Source: Ostrea edulis (lineage: Eukaryota). Taken from it: a stretch of DNA of 64,000 nucleotides. The translations under genes and the position numbers were made by a program. The stretch spans positions 42,160,001 to 42,224,000 of the forward strand of contig NC_079173.1 in NCBI RefSeq assembly GCF_947568905.1, written 5' to 3'. Shown piece by piece: positions 35,156-47,103 of the stretch. The notes beneath the pieces are model-generated. The model did no database searches and had not been told where the DNA came from. It saw nothing but the letters and a program-made list of their open reading frames with translations. Each line of letters begins with the position of its first letter. Position 1 is the stretch's first letter.

Positions 35156-36811
35156 CTCACCCAAACGTGAAACTACTGAATTCTCACAGGGAATCGGATT
35201 TTCTTAACCATACAATATATTTCCTAAATTTGTGTTGTAACTAAACAAAGTGCAGGTTATATATGTTCGATATAGTACCACAGGACATTGGCATTATTAA
35301 ATACCTGTAGAGTGGGGATCGTACATCGCATGTAGGGTTTTATTCATTTTTTTATTCTCATCTATAATTTCTAAAAAGTGTTTTGCAATACATTTTACAT
35401 ATGACATAATGAAAAAACTAGAACTAACCAAGGAACAATACATACGACCATCTTGCTAACACTTGAATAATACTATTGTTATTCATCATACAATGTGTAC
35501 AAACGCAACATGCATAATTTGGTTAATTTTGAAAGATGTGGGGGATCTTGGGTAATCAATAATTGTGAACTTCGTGGGTGGTAATCAGGTATGAACGTTT
35601 TGGTTTATAGCCAGAATGTATCACATCCTGTCAGTGACTTTCTTATTCAATAAATGTGTAACCACGAAACAATAAGAATTTATCCCATTTCTTCATATTC
35701 AATAAATGTGCAACCCCTAAATTGTAAACATTTCTCAATAAGACTTGTGTGCGCTATAAATTTTTACGAACATTTTCATTTAACTTACAATATGTTTTTA
35801 GATATAAAAAGAATCCAAATCTGGATTTCTTTTTTTATATATATATTTAAAGCACACTATAAGCATAGGTAAATTGTGCAACTTATTTCTGTACTTTTTT
35901 ACATTAAATGTGTGATAGTGTCAATCTCATTAGTCCTATGTATTTATTCGTTTTACTATTGTTTGTTTATCGTTTTGCTAAATGGAATCTTAAAACTCAG
36001 TTTACCGTAAATTCTGTTGCGCATCTGGAATGAGTTGACTGAGTAAAGTTTTATTCTGTTATTTCATTGGTTCTTGATTTCATTGGTCACTTCATATTTT
36101 TTTTATCCAATAATAGTCTTTCAGTATAATTATGCATAAATCTACCGCGTTTACCTATGTAGTTGGAACGGTAATACGTTTTGATGATTTCCAACCAGCT
36201 TACACCACCTCCATCTTATGGTCTATCTAATTATATGTGTCATTACCACGAAAAGATTTGATATGCGTAATTATTTTGATTGCAAGTTTTCTACTCAAAG
36301 TCGTAATGATTATATCAGTCTGTTAGACTTTAATTTAAATTATTTACAGAACACTTGTGCATGTTTTCACAAAGTAACTTATTACTTTTATTTTCATGTT
36401 TCTATATGTTTGTAATACAAGTACCATGTCTATGACTTGTATTTTGTCTGTTATTATAGGTCAATGTTCCTTATATATAATACACTGAGAAACTCAACAT
36501 CTGGCTTTCTGTTCAGTTACATATATTTACATGTACCCAACATTATGAAAATGTAAGAATGTTTTAATGTATAACATAACATATTTTGTATACGGGAGAG
36601 GTTTTCTAAGTTGCTAGAACCCGTAACCAATCCCTTTGTATATTTATACAATAAAATATGTTTGAAACGAAATCGATTGCGATACAAAACTACTGTGCAT
36701 TCTCGTCCCCCCCCCCCCCCCCCCATACACACACCCTTCCAGAAAGATTCTGAATAGTGAATATCAATACAGGAATAATGCTTTTGAAAAGCAAATGTTC
36801 AATTTCATTTT

Positions 36812-37050
36812 TATGCCCCCGTAATCGGAGATTTGGGGCGCATATATAGTTTTTGGTCCGTTCGTATGTCTGTCAGTAAAAACTTGAACCTTCGCCATTA
36901 CTTTTGAATGAATGTTGACAGGGCTTTCACATTTCACATGTATATTCATTGTGACAAAACCTTTCTGTACTTGCCATTCCTCACTTTTGAAATTTGACCT
37001 ACTTTTGAAAATCTGTAACCTTAGCCATAACTTTTGAATTGTTAGTAAAA
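36812..37050 (+). mobile_element. Truncated HINE of a second family
   Basis: tttttatgcccccg...ggggcgcata hairpin, (GTCY)-like tract, then two related ccttngccatnacttttgaat cores. Confidence 0.6.
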
Positions 37051-37849
37051 ATACATGAGGATATGAACTGAAATTCTGTTTTTATCGAATAAAAAAATCT
37101 GAGACCGGGACCGAAGACCGGGTTTTAGTCACGGGACCGAGACCGAAGACCGGGGCCGAGTTTTAGTCAGTACCGAGAAATATAAACTTCATTTCATTTC
37201 ATATTACTGGACTCCCGGTAAGATTTATATGTAATTGTATTGTCTCATTCTATTGATAAGTTATTAATTTCATTGGCGGCGTAACCTAACATATTGTGTT
37301 CTATGTGTTGTCTATGTAATGTATGTTTAAATGTTCAATGTATAAATGTCTGTTTAAATGTTCAATGTATAAATGTCTGTTTAAATGTTGTGCGAGTGTT
37401 TTATGTGTTGTGAGAGTTTGTGTTTTAATTACAGGGTTTTCCTTACACGTGAGAACCCAGACCAACAATTTGTTTTTATCTTGTTTGGACCCTGCGACAT
37501 ACATGTATGAATGTATGCTCACATTATGAAATATGCCAGCAGATCAATAATTACAGTTCATAATTAACATACCAGCAGAGAATCTGCAGTTTATCCCGCC
37601 TTGTTAACTGGGGGAAAAAACCTTATTTATTTCTGAATTATACCTTCACATCTAAAATTTAATGAGTCTACCAACGATACCCCGGGTTTTGGAAAGAAAA
37701 AATTCATCATCGGCCTTATGCATATTTTCGCCATAACGTTTGAAGATGAGTTATGAAAGCCTTTACAGCATGCACCAAAGAATATCCGTGTTCATCATTA
37801 TTGTCAATTAGACAGCACATTTTGTGTTTATACCCTGTACATATATTCT

Positions 37850-38600
37850 ACATGCGATAAAAGAGAATAAAAAAGTCGTACAAGCTCATTGCGTTATTGC
37901 TCACAGAATGAAAACTAGTATATGTAACACTGTCTTTCCATTGAACACAAAAATTAAAATGTTCATTGTTTTTCATATTTTTGACATATTTTCACTATCA
38001 AAAATGCCTTATACTTTCTAATTGATTCTGACAAATTTTACAATGTTTGTTCATTGGACGATTCAATTTGCTTAAATAAGAATTGTTGTATATAAAACGT
38101 TAATATTTAAATGTTTGTAATTAAATTCTGCAATCTTTTTAGTCTTCTATTTATACATGTAAATTTGTTCCCAGTCCACATTACTGGTTACATCAAACTC
38201 GGCTCTTAATTTCTCCCATGAGCTTGGAATTTGTAATGTTTTCCTTTTTATTTTGGAATAAACAAATATTGGATTTTTGTTGTTGTTGAAGATCGTACCC
38301 TCTTATTTTTATTTATTTCTTGAATAAAATTAAGGTATCGTTGAATAGTTGAAGTATTGCCATTATTTTGTAAATATTATCAGAATCATCATATACAATG
38401 TACTCACAAAGCCAGCAATAAATAACGCGGTTTAAAGATCTAAAGTTGTTTCGTGTATAAAATTCCTCTTTTAATCTAGTTACAGAAAAAACCCAGATTT
38501 TCTCCTTGTGGGTGAAAGAGAGATTTATTTCCTTTTTTATTATGTGTAATGACTTTGCAGAAAGTTTTTGCAAGTAGATCATCGCGTCATTCGAGTGTAG
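37850..38600 (-). mobile_element. Degenerate 3' end of an L1/Tx1-type LINE ORF2
   Basis: Minus-strand remnants DWEQIY, KIAEFNYK and CKICQNQLESIRH (CCHC-type C-terminal motif), with stops and frameshifts. Confidence 0.5.
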
Positions 38601-39052
38601 TTACATTATATTTTATCATACCACAAAAAAGTGAAAATAAATATTTCCAAAAACTTTGAAAACAATTGTTTGATACTTTGTCTATAAACCTAGATATTTG
38701 TTTGTTTTTAATTTCATAAGGGCTTCTTTTAAGCTTTGGAAACTTTAAGCATGCATTTTTATCATTTCTGTTAAATCTTACAATCATTTAAATATATGAT
38801 TGGATTTTTTTCTTACATTGGATATAAAGATAACTTTGTATACCTGCTACATATATTAAAATATATACCGGTATCTAGATCAGTCCACATCACATACAGA
38901 AGATATGGCGTCGATGTTATTGTCCGTTTTCGTTGTAGCACATATTACATGACAAGATATACTTATGTATTTGGTCAAGTCAAACGTTCTTTATGAAATA
39001 AAAATGCTTGCTAACTCAGCGCTACTAGTATTTGAAAAAGTGTAGTACTCAC

Positions 39053-40032
39053 CTCAAAATCCTAAACGGAGGATGGCTGATCCTTCAGTGCATGGGCTCA
39101 AAATCCTAAACGGGGGATGGCTGATCCTTCAGTGCATGGGCTCAAAATCCTAATCGGGGAGGGGTGGCTGATCCTTCGGTGCATGGGCTCAAAATCCTAA
39201 ACGGGGGATGGCTGATCCTTCAGTGCATGGGTTCAAAATCCTAAACGGGGGATGGCTGATCCTTCAGTGCATGGGCTCAAAATCCTAATCGGGGAGGGGT
39301 GGCTGATCCTTCGGTGCATGGGCTCAAAATCCTAAACGGGGGAGGGTTGATCCTTCAGTGCGCGGGCTCAAAATCCTAAACGGGGGATGGCTGATCCTTC
39401 AGTGCATGGGCTCAAAATTCTAAACGGGGGATGGCTGATCCTTCAGTGCATGGGCTCAAAATCCTAAACGGGGGATGGCTGATCCTTCAGTGCATGGGCT
39501 CAAAATCCTAAACGGAGGATGGCTGTTCCTTCAGTGCATGGGCTCAAAATCCTAAACGGAGGATGGCTGTTCCTTCAGTGCATGGGCTCAAAATCCTAAA
39601 CGGGGGAGTGCTGATCCTTCAGTGCATGGGCTCAAAATCCTAAACGGGGGATGGCTGATCCTTCAGTGCATGGGCTCAAAATCCTAAACGGAGGATGGCT
39701 GTTCCTTCAGTGCATGGGCTCAAAATCCTAAACGGAGGATGGCTGTTCCTTCAGTGCATGGGCTCAAAATCCTAAACGGGGGATGGCTGATCCTTCAGTG
39801 CATGGGCTCAAAATCCTAAACGGGGGATGGCTGATCCTTCAGTGCATGGGCTCAAAATCCTAAACGGGGGATGGTTGATCCTTTCGTGCATGGGCTCAAA
39901 ATCCTAATCGGGGAGGGGTGGCTGATCCTTCGGTGCATGGGCTCAAAATCCTAAACGGGGGATGGCTGATCCTTCAGTGCATGGGCTCAAAATCCTAAAC
40001 GGGGGATGGCTGACCAGTGCATGGGCTCAAAA
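39053..40032. repeat. 44-bp minisatellite, about 22 copies (ggctcaaaatcctaaacgggggatggctgatccttcagtgcatg)
   Basis: Highly homogeneous array with a recurring 46-bp variant (cctaatcggggaggggtgg). Confidence 0.97.
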
Positions 40033-40711
40033 TATTGCTTCAAGCTTAGATATCCGCTAACATCCACTACTAACATTAAAAAAGTAAGGGAGGCAACCAG
40101 TCAGTATAAATCATACTTTGGATTTGAAAATATCGGGAAACGTGCATTGTCAAAAAATTATTGCTATGTACCTACTATGTGATACTTTTTAAAGTTTCGA
40201 CTTTATAAAAATGTATTAAACAAAGCACGTCTACAGTATATGGCCATACTTACATTGTATTACAATTTGTAAGTCAGCATTTCATATTTTAATTTACTAT
40301 ATATTCCATTGAAAAAACAATTTTTATAAAAATTTATTGCGAGTTCAATTTCGTCCCAATTTTCATGATTTCTTCATCTATTATGCAAAACTGTTCAAAT
40401 TTTTCCTTTTCCTATATATGATGTTAAGCACGTTGTCATACCATGATTATTGAGAATAGTTTACGAAATCATCAACCTCAAAACACTATAATTTCTCAAC
40501 AAATTTCTGACGTCAAATTTCAATTTTGCATTCGACATGTGGTTTCACTGCAACATCTACAAAGTTATTTTGAAATTGTGTGAAGAAATTTATTCAATTT
40601 TTTTTTTTTTTTGGTCGTTTGGTTTTTTTTTTTCTTTTCTTCTTCTTAAAAATGAGCATAACAAGTAATGCTGCAATGTTATTGTTTTTTTTCTTAAAAG
40701 GCATTTTTCAA

Positions 40712-40761
<50 letters not shown>

Positions 40762-41059
40762 AAGAAATGAAATGTTAATTCACTTATGGCCATGTATTGT
40801 ACACAAAATGAATTTACACGGAGTAGACACAAGTTGCAATATTCCGGATATCGTTCTAGTGTTCGGAACCTATTTTTGAATAGGAAGCTCAGAGTATTTC
40901 CGATGCGTTGTAATGCATAATCATAATCAATGATCGATTAATTAATCTTATTTTATTCGTTAAATAAGTGTTGAATAAGCTGAAGCAACATTGAAGATAC
41001 ACCTACACAGGTAAATTAAATCCTGGTGATACTCAATAACCTTTAATCTGCTTATGTGT

Positions 41060-41420
41060 AACTCAGTTACAAACTGGAGGGGAGAAAATGCAACGGACTA
41101 GACCGGGATTCGAACCCGGGCCCCCGGCCTGAATCTCTAATACTGTCGTGTGCTCTACCAACTGAGCTATCTGAACGAAATTGTCTGACCTCTACACTCC
41201 TCCCTCCTTAAGTGTCTTCACTGACACATTGAAGACATCAATCCAGGATCTTAATCCCCCGGCAGGCATTTTCACCTGTCAGCTCTAGGGGGTGGTCATG
41301 GTCTATGGCATCAAATGCAACAGGAAGGGATAAAATGCAACAAACCAGACCGGAATTCAAACCCTGACCCCCAGAATCTCTAGTCAGGTGCCACGTGCTC
41401 TACCAGCTGAGCTATCTGGT
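41060..41420 (-). mobile_element. SINE-like element with two tandem tRNA-derived heads
   Basis: Minus strand tagctcagctggtagagc...ggtttgaattcc (41345-41420) and tagctcagttggtagagc...ggttcgaatccc (41098-41175), each followed by gttgcatttt. Confidence 0.6.
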
Positions 41421-41447
41421 TACCGGCGATCTGTGGAAACTAGGTGG

Positions 41448-41629
41448 TACTGGGGAATCATCAATGTTCGTGGGGGATTGATGTTCACGGATTTCGTGGG
41501 TCACTCTTACCCACGAATTTACGTGTCCTCGAACATTTTTTTTAAACCAAGTAGAGTTATCTCTCCTAGTGACATTGTATTGCTTACCCACGAGCATTGG
41601 CCCCCTCGAATTAAAATGATTCCAGAGTA
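41448..41629. mobile_element. Small MITE with TA ends (Tc1/mariner-type)
   Basis: Imperfect TIR tactggggaatcat / atgattccagagta, with internal cgtggg/cccacg inverted motifs. Confidence 0.55.
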
Positions 41630-42116
41630 TGTTATATTCGGTCTCTCCCCCTCGTTTCCATTCACGCCTGTATAAAGTATGTGGGAGATGTTCACAGCAT
41701 CAGTCATGCTTCGGTTGATATTATTTCAGTTTACATTTTATATGAATCATCCAAAAACTTGCCTAAATCAATCCATGAATGATTTTTCCACAAATAAATT
41801 CAACTGATGCCATTTATTTTCACACTTAATCAATATTTGTATATAGACATGATAGATAATATCCAAAAACTTACAAAATGAGGTGACACATGCGCTAAAG
41901 TTATCGTTTATTATTGACAGCAGAAAAGATGTATTATTTGAAATGATGACTATTTATCATCAAATACTTGCATACTATATCTGTTTTAGTGTCTTTTTTT
42001 GTTTCAAATTCATTAATTTGACTCTCATTATTTGTAATTGTTTTCTTCCAGTTGACAGAAACCTAAAGATCTTGAATTTATCTGATAACGGCACAACATT
42101 TTCCCTTTGGTGGACA

Positions 42117-43355
42117 ATGGCTGAATCAGAAACGAACGAACAAAGCGACAATTTTGAACTACATGGATATGATGTAAACACTGTATCAGAAAACAATAAC
42201 AAGACAGAAACCTCTGCAGAATACAAACCTTTCAAATGCCATGTATGTGCCGAGGAGTTTCAGAAAATAGGAGAAATCGAAGCTCATCTCAAGGCACACA
42301 CAGATTACAAGCCTTATAAATGCGATGTTTGTGGAAAATCGTTTGGTACGCTGTTTGTAAAACGGCAGCACATGAGAACCCACACAGGAGAACGACCATT
42401 TAAATGTGAAATGTGTGACAAAGCCTTCAGCACAATTCATGAAAACCGCCAGCACTTGAGAATACACACGGGTGAGAAACCCTTTTCTTGCGACGTCTGT
42501 GGAAAAGTTTTCAGTCATATTAAGAACGCTCGTCGTCATATGAAAGTCCATACTGGGGAAAAGTTGTATAAATGCGACGTGTGCGGAAAAGATTTCCGGG
42601 AGCTCAGTTCTCTCCGGTCACATTTTCTAATTCACACAGGTGAAAAACCATTCGAGTGCAAACTTTGCGGAAAGGGGTTTACCCAGTCATGTAACCTGTT
42701 GAGTCATATGAAAGTTCACACAGGTGATAAACCTCATAAATGTGAAATTTGTGGAAAGGCATTTATTTGGCAGACAAAGTTACGAAGTCACATGTTGACT
42801 CACAGTGGGATGAAGCCATACAAGTGTGAAATTTGTTGGAAAGATTTCGTGCAGTCATCTGATTTGCAGACTCACATCTCGCGAACACACTCAAACAAAA
42901 AACCTCACCCTTGTGAGGTATGTGGGAAAGCCTTCAGAAATCTGTACGAGCTTGGAAGACACACCCAGGTACACAGGAAAGACAAGCCTCATGTTTGTGA
43001 CTTCTGCGGAAAAACTTTCAAACAAAAACTGAATCTTCAAGAACACAGAAGAATTCACACTGGAGAAGAGCCATTTAAGTGCAGCGTTTGTCAAATGACA
43101 TTTAGAAGTTCCAGTCACAAATGGCGGCATATGAAAACGCACATCAGTGAACAGTCTCACTGTGAACAATTTCATTGTGAACATGTTGACCTTGAACCAC
43201 ATAATGGTGAACAAGTCAACTTTGAGTCACATAATGGTGAACAAGTCGACTGTGAACCACACAATGGTGAACAAGTCGACTGTGAAACACTAGCACGTGA
43301 AATCAATGATTCCTTTGAACTTGTAGGTCTGTCAACTAACATGACCAGTGGATGA
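42117..43355 (+). CDS. C2H2 zinc-finger protein, 11 fingers, about 412 aa
   Basis: Within the 490-aa ORF 41883-43355. Likely acceptor ttttcttccag at 42051 and ATG at 42117 (MAESETNEQ). TGEKP-type linkers; C-terminal 10-aa repeats (EPHNGEQVDC). Confidence 0.92.
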   Translation: MAESETNEQSDNFELHGYDVNTVSENNNKTETSAEYKPFKCHVCAEEFQKIGEIEAHLKAHTDYKPYKCDVCGKSFGTLFVKRQHMRTHTGERPFKCEMCDKAFSTIHENRQHLRIHTGEKPFSCDVCGKVFSHIKNARRHMKVHTGEKLYKCDVCGKDFRELSSLRSHFLIHTGEKPFECKLCGKGFTQSCNLLSHMKVHTGDKPHKCEICGKAFIWQTKLRSHMLTHSGMKPYKCEICWKDFVQSSDLQTHISRTHSNKKPHPCEVCGKAFRNLYELGRHTQVHRKDKPHVCDFCGKTFKQKLNLQEHRRIHTGEEPFKCSVCQMTFRSSSHKWRHMKTHISEQSHCEQFHCEHVDLEPHNGEQVNFESHNGEQVDCEPHNGEQVDCETLAREINDSFELVGLSTNMTSG

Positions 43356-44261
43356 CATCTGTGTCATGACAGTCTCTTTGAACTAATTGGTTGCCACATC
43401 ATTTTCAATCTGTTAATCATGACAAATGTGTGTTCATTGTGATTGGTACAAAATAAAATATACGCGTTTCCAGTTTCCCGACCTTACCTACGTTTTTGCT
43501 GCCAACCCTAAATATTTTATTGACAATATTATTCATTTAAATAAAAACCCAGAATTTTCAGAACATTATTTTCTTCTTTTTGTGTTAGAATTTCTCCGGT
43601 TTAAATTTTGAGTACTACTGATTTTCAAAATGATAGAAAAGTAGTGTTGAAAAATCAGGAAAATTTCATAATCGATCATAATCGGAAGAACTGTTTCGAT
43701 CAATGATCGATATAATCGGTATTTACATGTAGTTAATAAATGTTTATTATTTTTGGAGTTATTTCTATTTAGTTTTATGGATATATGTGTAGCATACACA
43801 CTAGCTGGTGTCACTGAATTTCCAATTTTCAATGTGGAGTCCACTCTGACTCTCCCCCGCACAGTTCTCAATATAAAAGGGGGATTAACAGTCAGATGAA
43901 TCTCTGATTAGATATTAATTAGTGTACAAGCGACAATCGATTATGAAAAATAGAATCGATAATCGGAATCGAAAAGCCAAAAACGATCAACAATCGATTG
44001 TCGGTGACAATCGTTTCATCACTTAGTATTGGAAAGTATTTGTAATGCATCTACACCTGTATTCAAAGGCCACGTTCCCTAAAGCAATATATGGAGGGAG
44101 CGCTGTATAATGAAATCAGGATGATGCACTCCATAGAACACAAAGCGTCTGACATTGTTTGATACTAGTGCTTTTACCCATGTTCATTCTATCCATAACT
44201 TAACAAGTCCAGAACAGTACTGAAAGTCGATGTCAGCATGAACTGCAATCTACTGTTGTAT

Positions 44262-44580
44262 TGGAGAGGAGAAAATTTTGGGTTGGATCGGAAATTGAAC
44301 CCTGGACCCCTGCATTACTAGTTGGGTGATCTAACCACTGAATTATCCAGGCTGATATCCATGGTCCTTATAGCCCCAACTACATTCCTCCCTTCTTCAA
44401 TTTGTCTTTGCCGTCAAAGACACACAGCCCAGATTCTTTGGCATGACAACCTGCAGTGCAGGGGTGCTCACAGCACCAACTGTAGTACTGGAGATAAGAA
44501 AATTTTGGCTGGACTTGGAATTGAACCCGAGACCTGCATTACTCGTCAGGTTAACCACTGAGCTATCCAGACCATCTAAA
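44262..44580 (-). mobile_element. Second double-tRNA-head element, diverged
   Basis: tagctcagtggtt...gggttcaattcc and taattcagtggttag...gggttcaatttcc separated by a spacer containing gaagggaggaatgtag, the same layout as 41060-41420. Confidence 0.55.
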
Positions 44581-44759
44581 TACGACCTGTAGTGTTATTG
44601 TGATGTCACAAAGGACTCATTAAACTGACATCATGTCAAGAGACATTGATGAACTTTGTAGACATGGAGAGAGTGCTAGCAGTAAAACATTGTTTTTATG
44701 GAGTGCATCATTTTGATTTTCTTCAACTATTCATAATCATCTGTACCAAATCAACTTTC

Positions 44760-45320
44760 ACTGTGGGTGTGTTTGTGTACATGACGTGGGTTTGTTTTTA
44801 TATGTGATGTGGGTGTGTTTTTGTGTGATGTGGGGGTATTTGTATGTGGATGTGTTTGTATGTGTGATATGAAATGTCTTTGTATGTGTGATGTGGGTGT
44901 GTTTGTCTGTGATGTGACCATGAGTGTTTGTATGTGTGGTGTGCTTGCATGTGTAATATGGGTGTGTTTGTGATGCAGATGTGCTTGTATCTGTGATGTG
45001 GGTGTGTTTGTATGTGTGGTGGGTGTGTTTGTATGTGTGATGTGGGTGTGTTTGTATGTGTGGTGGGTGTGTTTGTATGTGTGATGTTTTTGTATGTATG
45101 TGTGATGTGGGTGTGTTTGTATGTGTGATGTGTTTGTATGTGGGTGTGTGTGCATGTGTGATGCAGGTGTGTTTGTATGTGTGATATTTTTGTGATGTGG
45201 GTGTGTTTGTGATAGGATGTGTTTGTATGTATGTGTGATTTGCTTGTATGTGTGATGTGTTGGTATGTGGGTGTGTTTGTATGTGTGATGCGGGTGTGTT
45301 TGTATGCGTGATGTGGGGAA
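44760..45320. repeat. GT-rich ~22-bp degenerate minisatellite (tgtgatgtgggtgtgtttgtatg)
   Basis: Directly visible. Confidence 0.9.
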
Positions 45321-46079
45321 AATTATTCCTCTACATTTTTGCAGCATATAACACATTCCTGACAAGAAAAATTTGATTTTCATGATGAGTTCAAATATTT
45401 TTCTCAGTTCATGACCAAGCACAAAATTATTACTCTATCTATTGATCGAATATATGTAAACAACTTTATTTACGGCAACTTCAATCATCGGCCACATTCA
45501 GTGTAGTCCTCAATACTGGTTGTTGTATGTAACTTGCTTTTGATAAGAATATGTTACATACTTCCACCCTTGGAAAAGTCTTAAAATTTTTAGAAAAAAG
45601 TAGGGATTTAATTATGAAAACATTATTTCACTTGGGAAAGCTTCTGTCTTGACAGTATATTACTGGACAAATGAAAAAATGGTGTCAATATCAAGTGAAA
45701 TATGCACTGGTACAAATGTCACGCTTTTTAATCTGATTTTGTCGATGGGTATACCTCTTAAATGATATGAATCAACTACTGGAACAGCTTTTGAAAATAT
45801 ATATCAAAATGTCGAACGTCTAGTCAAACCATAAATATAAACAGCACTACTTACCTTGTGCCAGTATAACATATTTGAGAGTTTGACAAGAAATTATTTA
45901 CAATTTCCCTTTGGTGAATTCAGGACAAAAGAAGGGATGGGTCGTCCGATAATTTGACAATCTGTTTGTTTGTGTCGTTGGTCATTTTAGTGCTTTGTAT
46001 AATTTTTTGTATTTGACCTTGTATCCATGTTGTGGATCCGACACTTTTAGGTATCGGGTGTTGTTGGAACTTAGTGCTG

Positions 46080-46116
<37 letters not shown>

Positions 46117-46200
46117 CCAAATAGAAAGAGTTGATATCACAAAGTCAAAATAATTCAATAAAAAAATCAGGAAAATATACAGTTCCAAAATATATTTAAA

Positions 46201-46241
46201 TCACTAGCGCTTTCTGGATTTTAACATCCATCCTCAGGTGA
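46201..46241 (-). ncRNA. Minimal type I hammerhead ribozyme (sense pLTR)
   Basis: UCAC-CUGAGGA-UGGAU guuaaa AUCCA-GAAA-GCGC-UA-GUGA; palindromic stem III AGCGCU; cut between 46205 and 46204. Confidence 0.88.
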
Positions 46242-46439
46242 ATACAAATTTTAAATAATGAATACAAAGTTGTTTATCTTAGAGACGTCTATTGTGACGT
46301 CATGATAGTCTTTGCGAGGAGGGAATACATACATGACGTCATAATACAAAAAATTCGGGAAAGGTGACTTGGACAAAATAAGCATGAACATTAACATGAT
46401 AAAAGTTGATGAATTAAGAGGTTTAACAATCAGAATTGA

Positions 46440-46708
46440 TTAAAGTTTGTTTAGTTTAGGAGAAAACAGTTTAATGAAATAATTTTCTTTAGCAAGTCTC
46501 ATGGATGTTGATTCTGTTTTAAGTTTATAAAATGGAAATACGCTGTAGTTGCCTCTAGCACAGTTGTCAAAGTGTTCGCTGCATGGGGTATTTCTTGTAC
46601 TGGGATCGTTAATTTGTTTGCGATGGACACGCATCCTCGCTGTTAGTTGTGTTCCGGTTTGTCCAATATATTCCTCGCCAAATAATGCAGTATAGTAAGT
46701 AAGAAAAT
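46440..46708 (-). pseudogene. C-terminal GIY-YIG endonuclease fragment of a Penelope-like ORF
   Basis: EEYIGQTGTQLTARMRVHRKQI...SEHF...RLAKENYFIKLFSPKLN*: YIG motif, catalytic R, H, E and terminal N. Confidence 0.85.
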
Positions 46709-46794
46709 TATTCCCTCCTCGCAAAGACTATCATGACGTCACAATAGACGTCTCTAAGATAAACAACTTTGTATTCATTATTTAAAATTTGTAT

Positions 46795-46835
46795 TCACCT
46801 GAGGATGGATGTTAAAATCCAGAAAGCGCTAGTGA
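46795..46835 (+). ncRNA. Minimal type I hammerhead ribozyme (inverted pLTR)
   Basis: Identical motif on the plus strand; cut at 46831/46832. Confidence 0.88.
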
Positions 46836-46880
46836 TTTAAATATATTTTGGAACTGTATATTTTCCTGATTTTTTTATTG

Positions 46881-46922
<42 letters not shown>

Positions 46923-47103
46923 AAACATCAATTTCAAGTACATTGTTTATATGTATATTTATATACATATTGTATCATAATATTAAAAAGCATCAAAAGA
47001 GATGTACAATGTATTATTATAGTTCATGATGAATTGAACATTCACATATAAAATTTGTTAATTATGTATTAATTGACAAATCTAGAAGTTATGGAGCTAT
47101 ATA

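Larger units (their letters stand above)
46114..46885 (-). mobile_element. 5'-truncated Penelope-like element with inverted 5' pLTR, inserted in (TA)n
   Basis: 177-bp inverted repeat 46151-46327 / 46709-46885 flanking a GIY-YIG endonuclease C-terminus; (TA)n tracts on both sides. Confidence 0.9.

Noticed and set aside
39053-40032. CRISPR-like array (also 14282-14758 and 56265-57270)
   Set aside because: Head-to-tail tandem units with no unique spacers, no cas genes, and a eukaryotic context.
41883-42116. N-terminal 78 aa of the 490-aa ZNF ORF
   Set aside because: AT-rich, intron-like sequence with a polypyrimidine acceptor at 42051; probably not translated.
43640-44026. hAT-type MITE with aatcgat-rich ends
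   Set aside because: The right end resembles 63224-63486, but no matching left TIR with a TSD could be found.
44751-45422. 223-aa His/Thr-rich ORF
   Set aside because: Translation of a GT-rich simple repeat.
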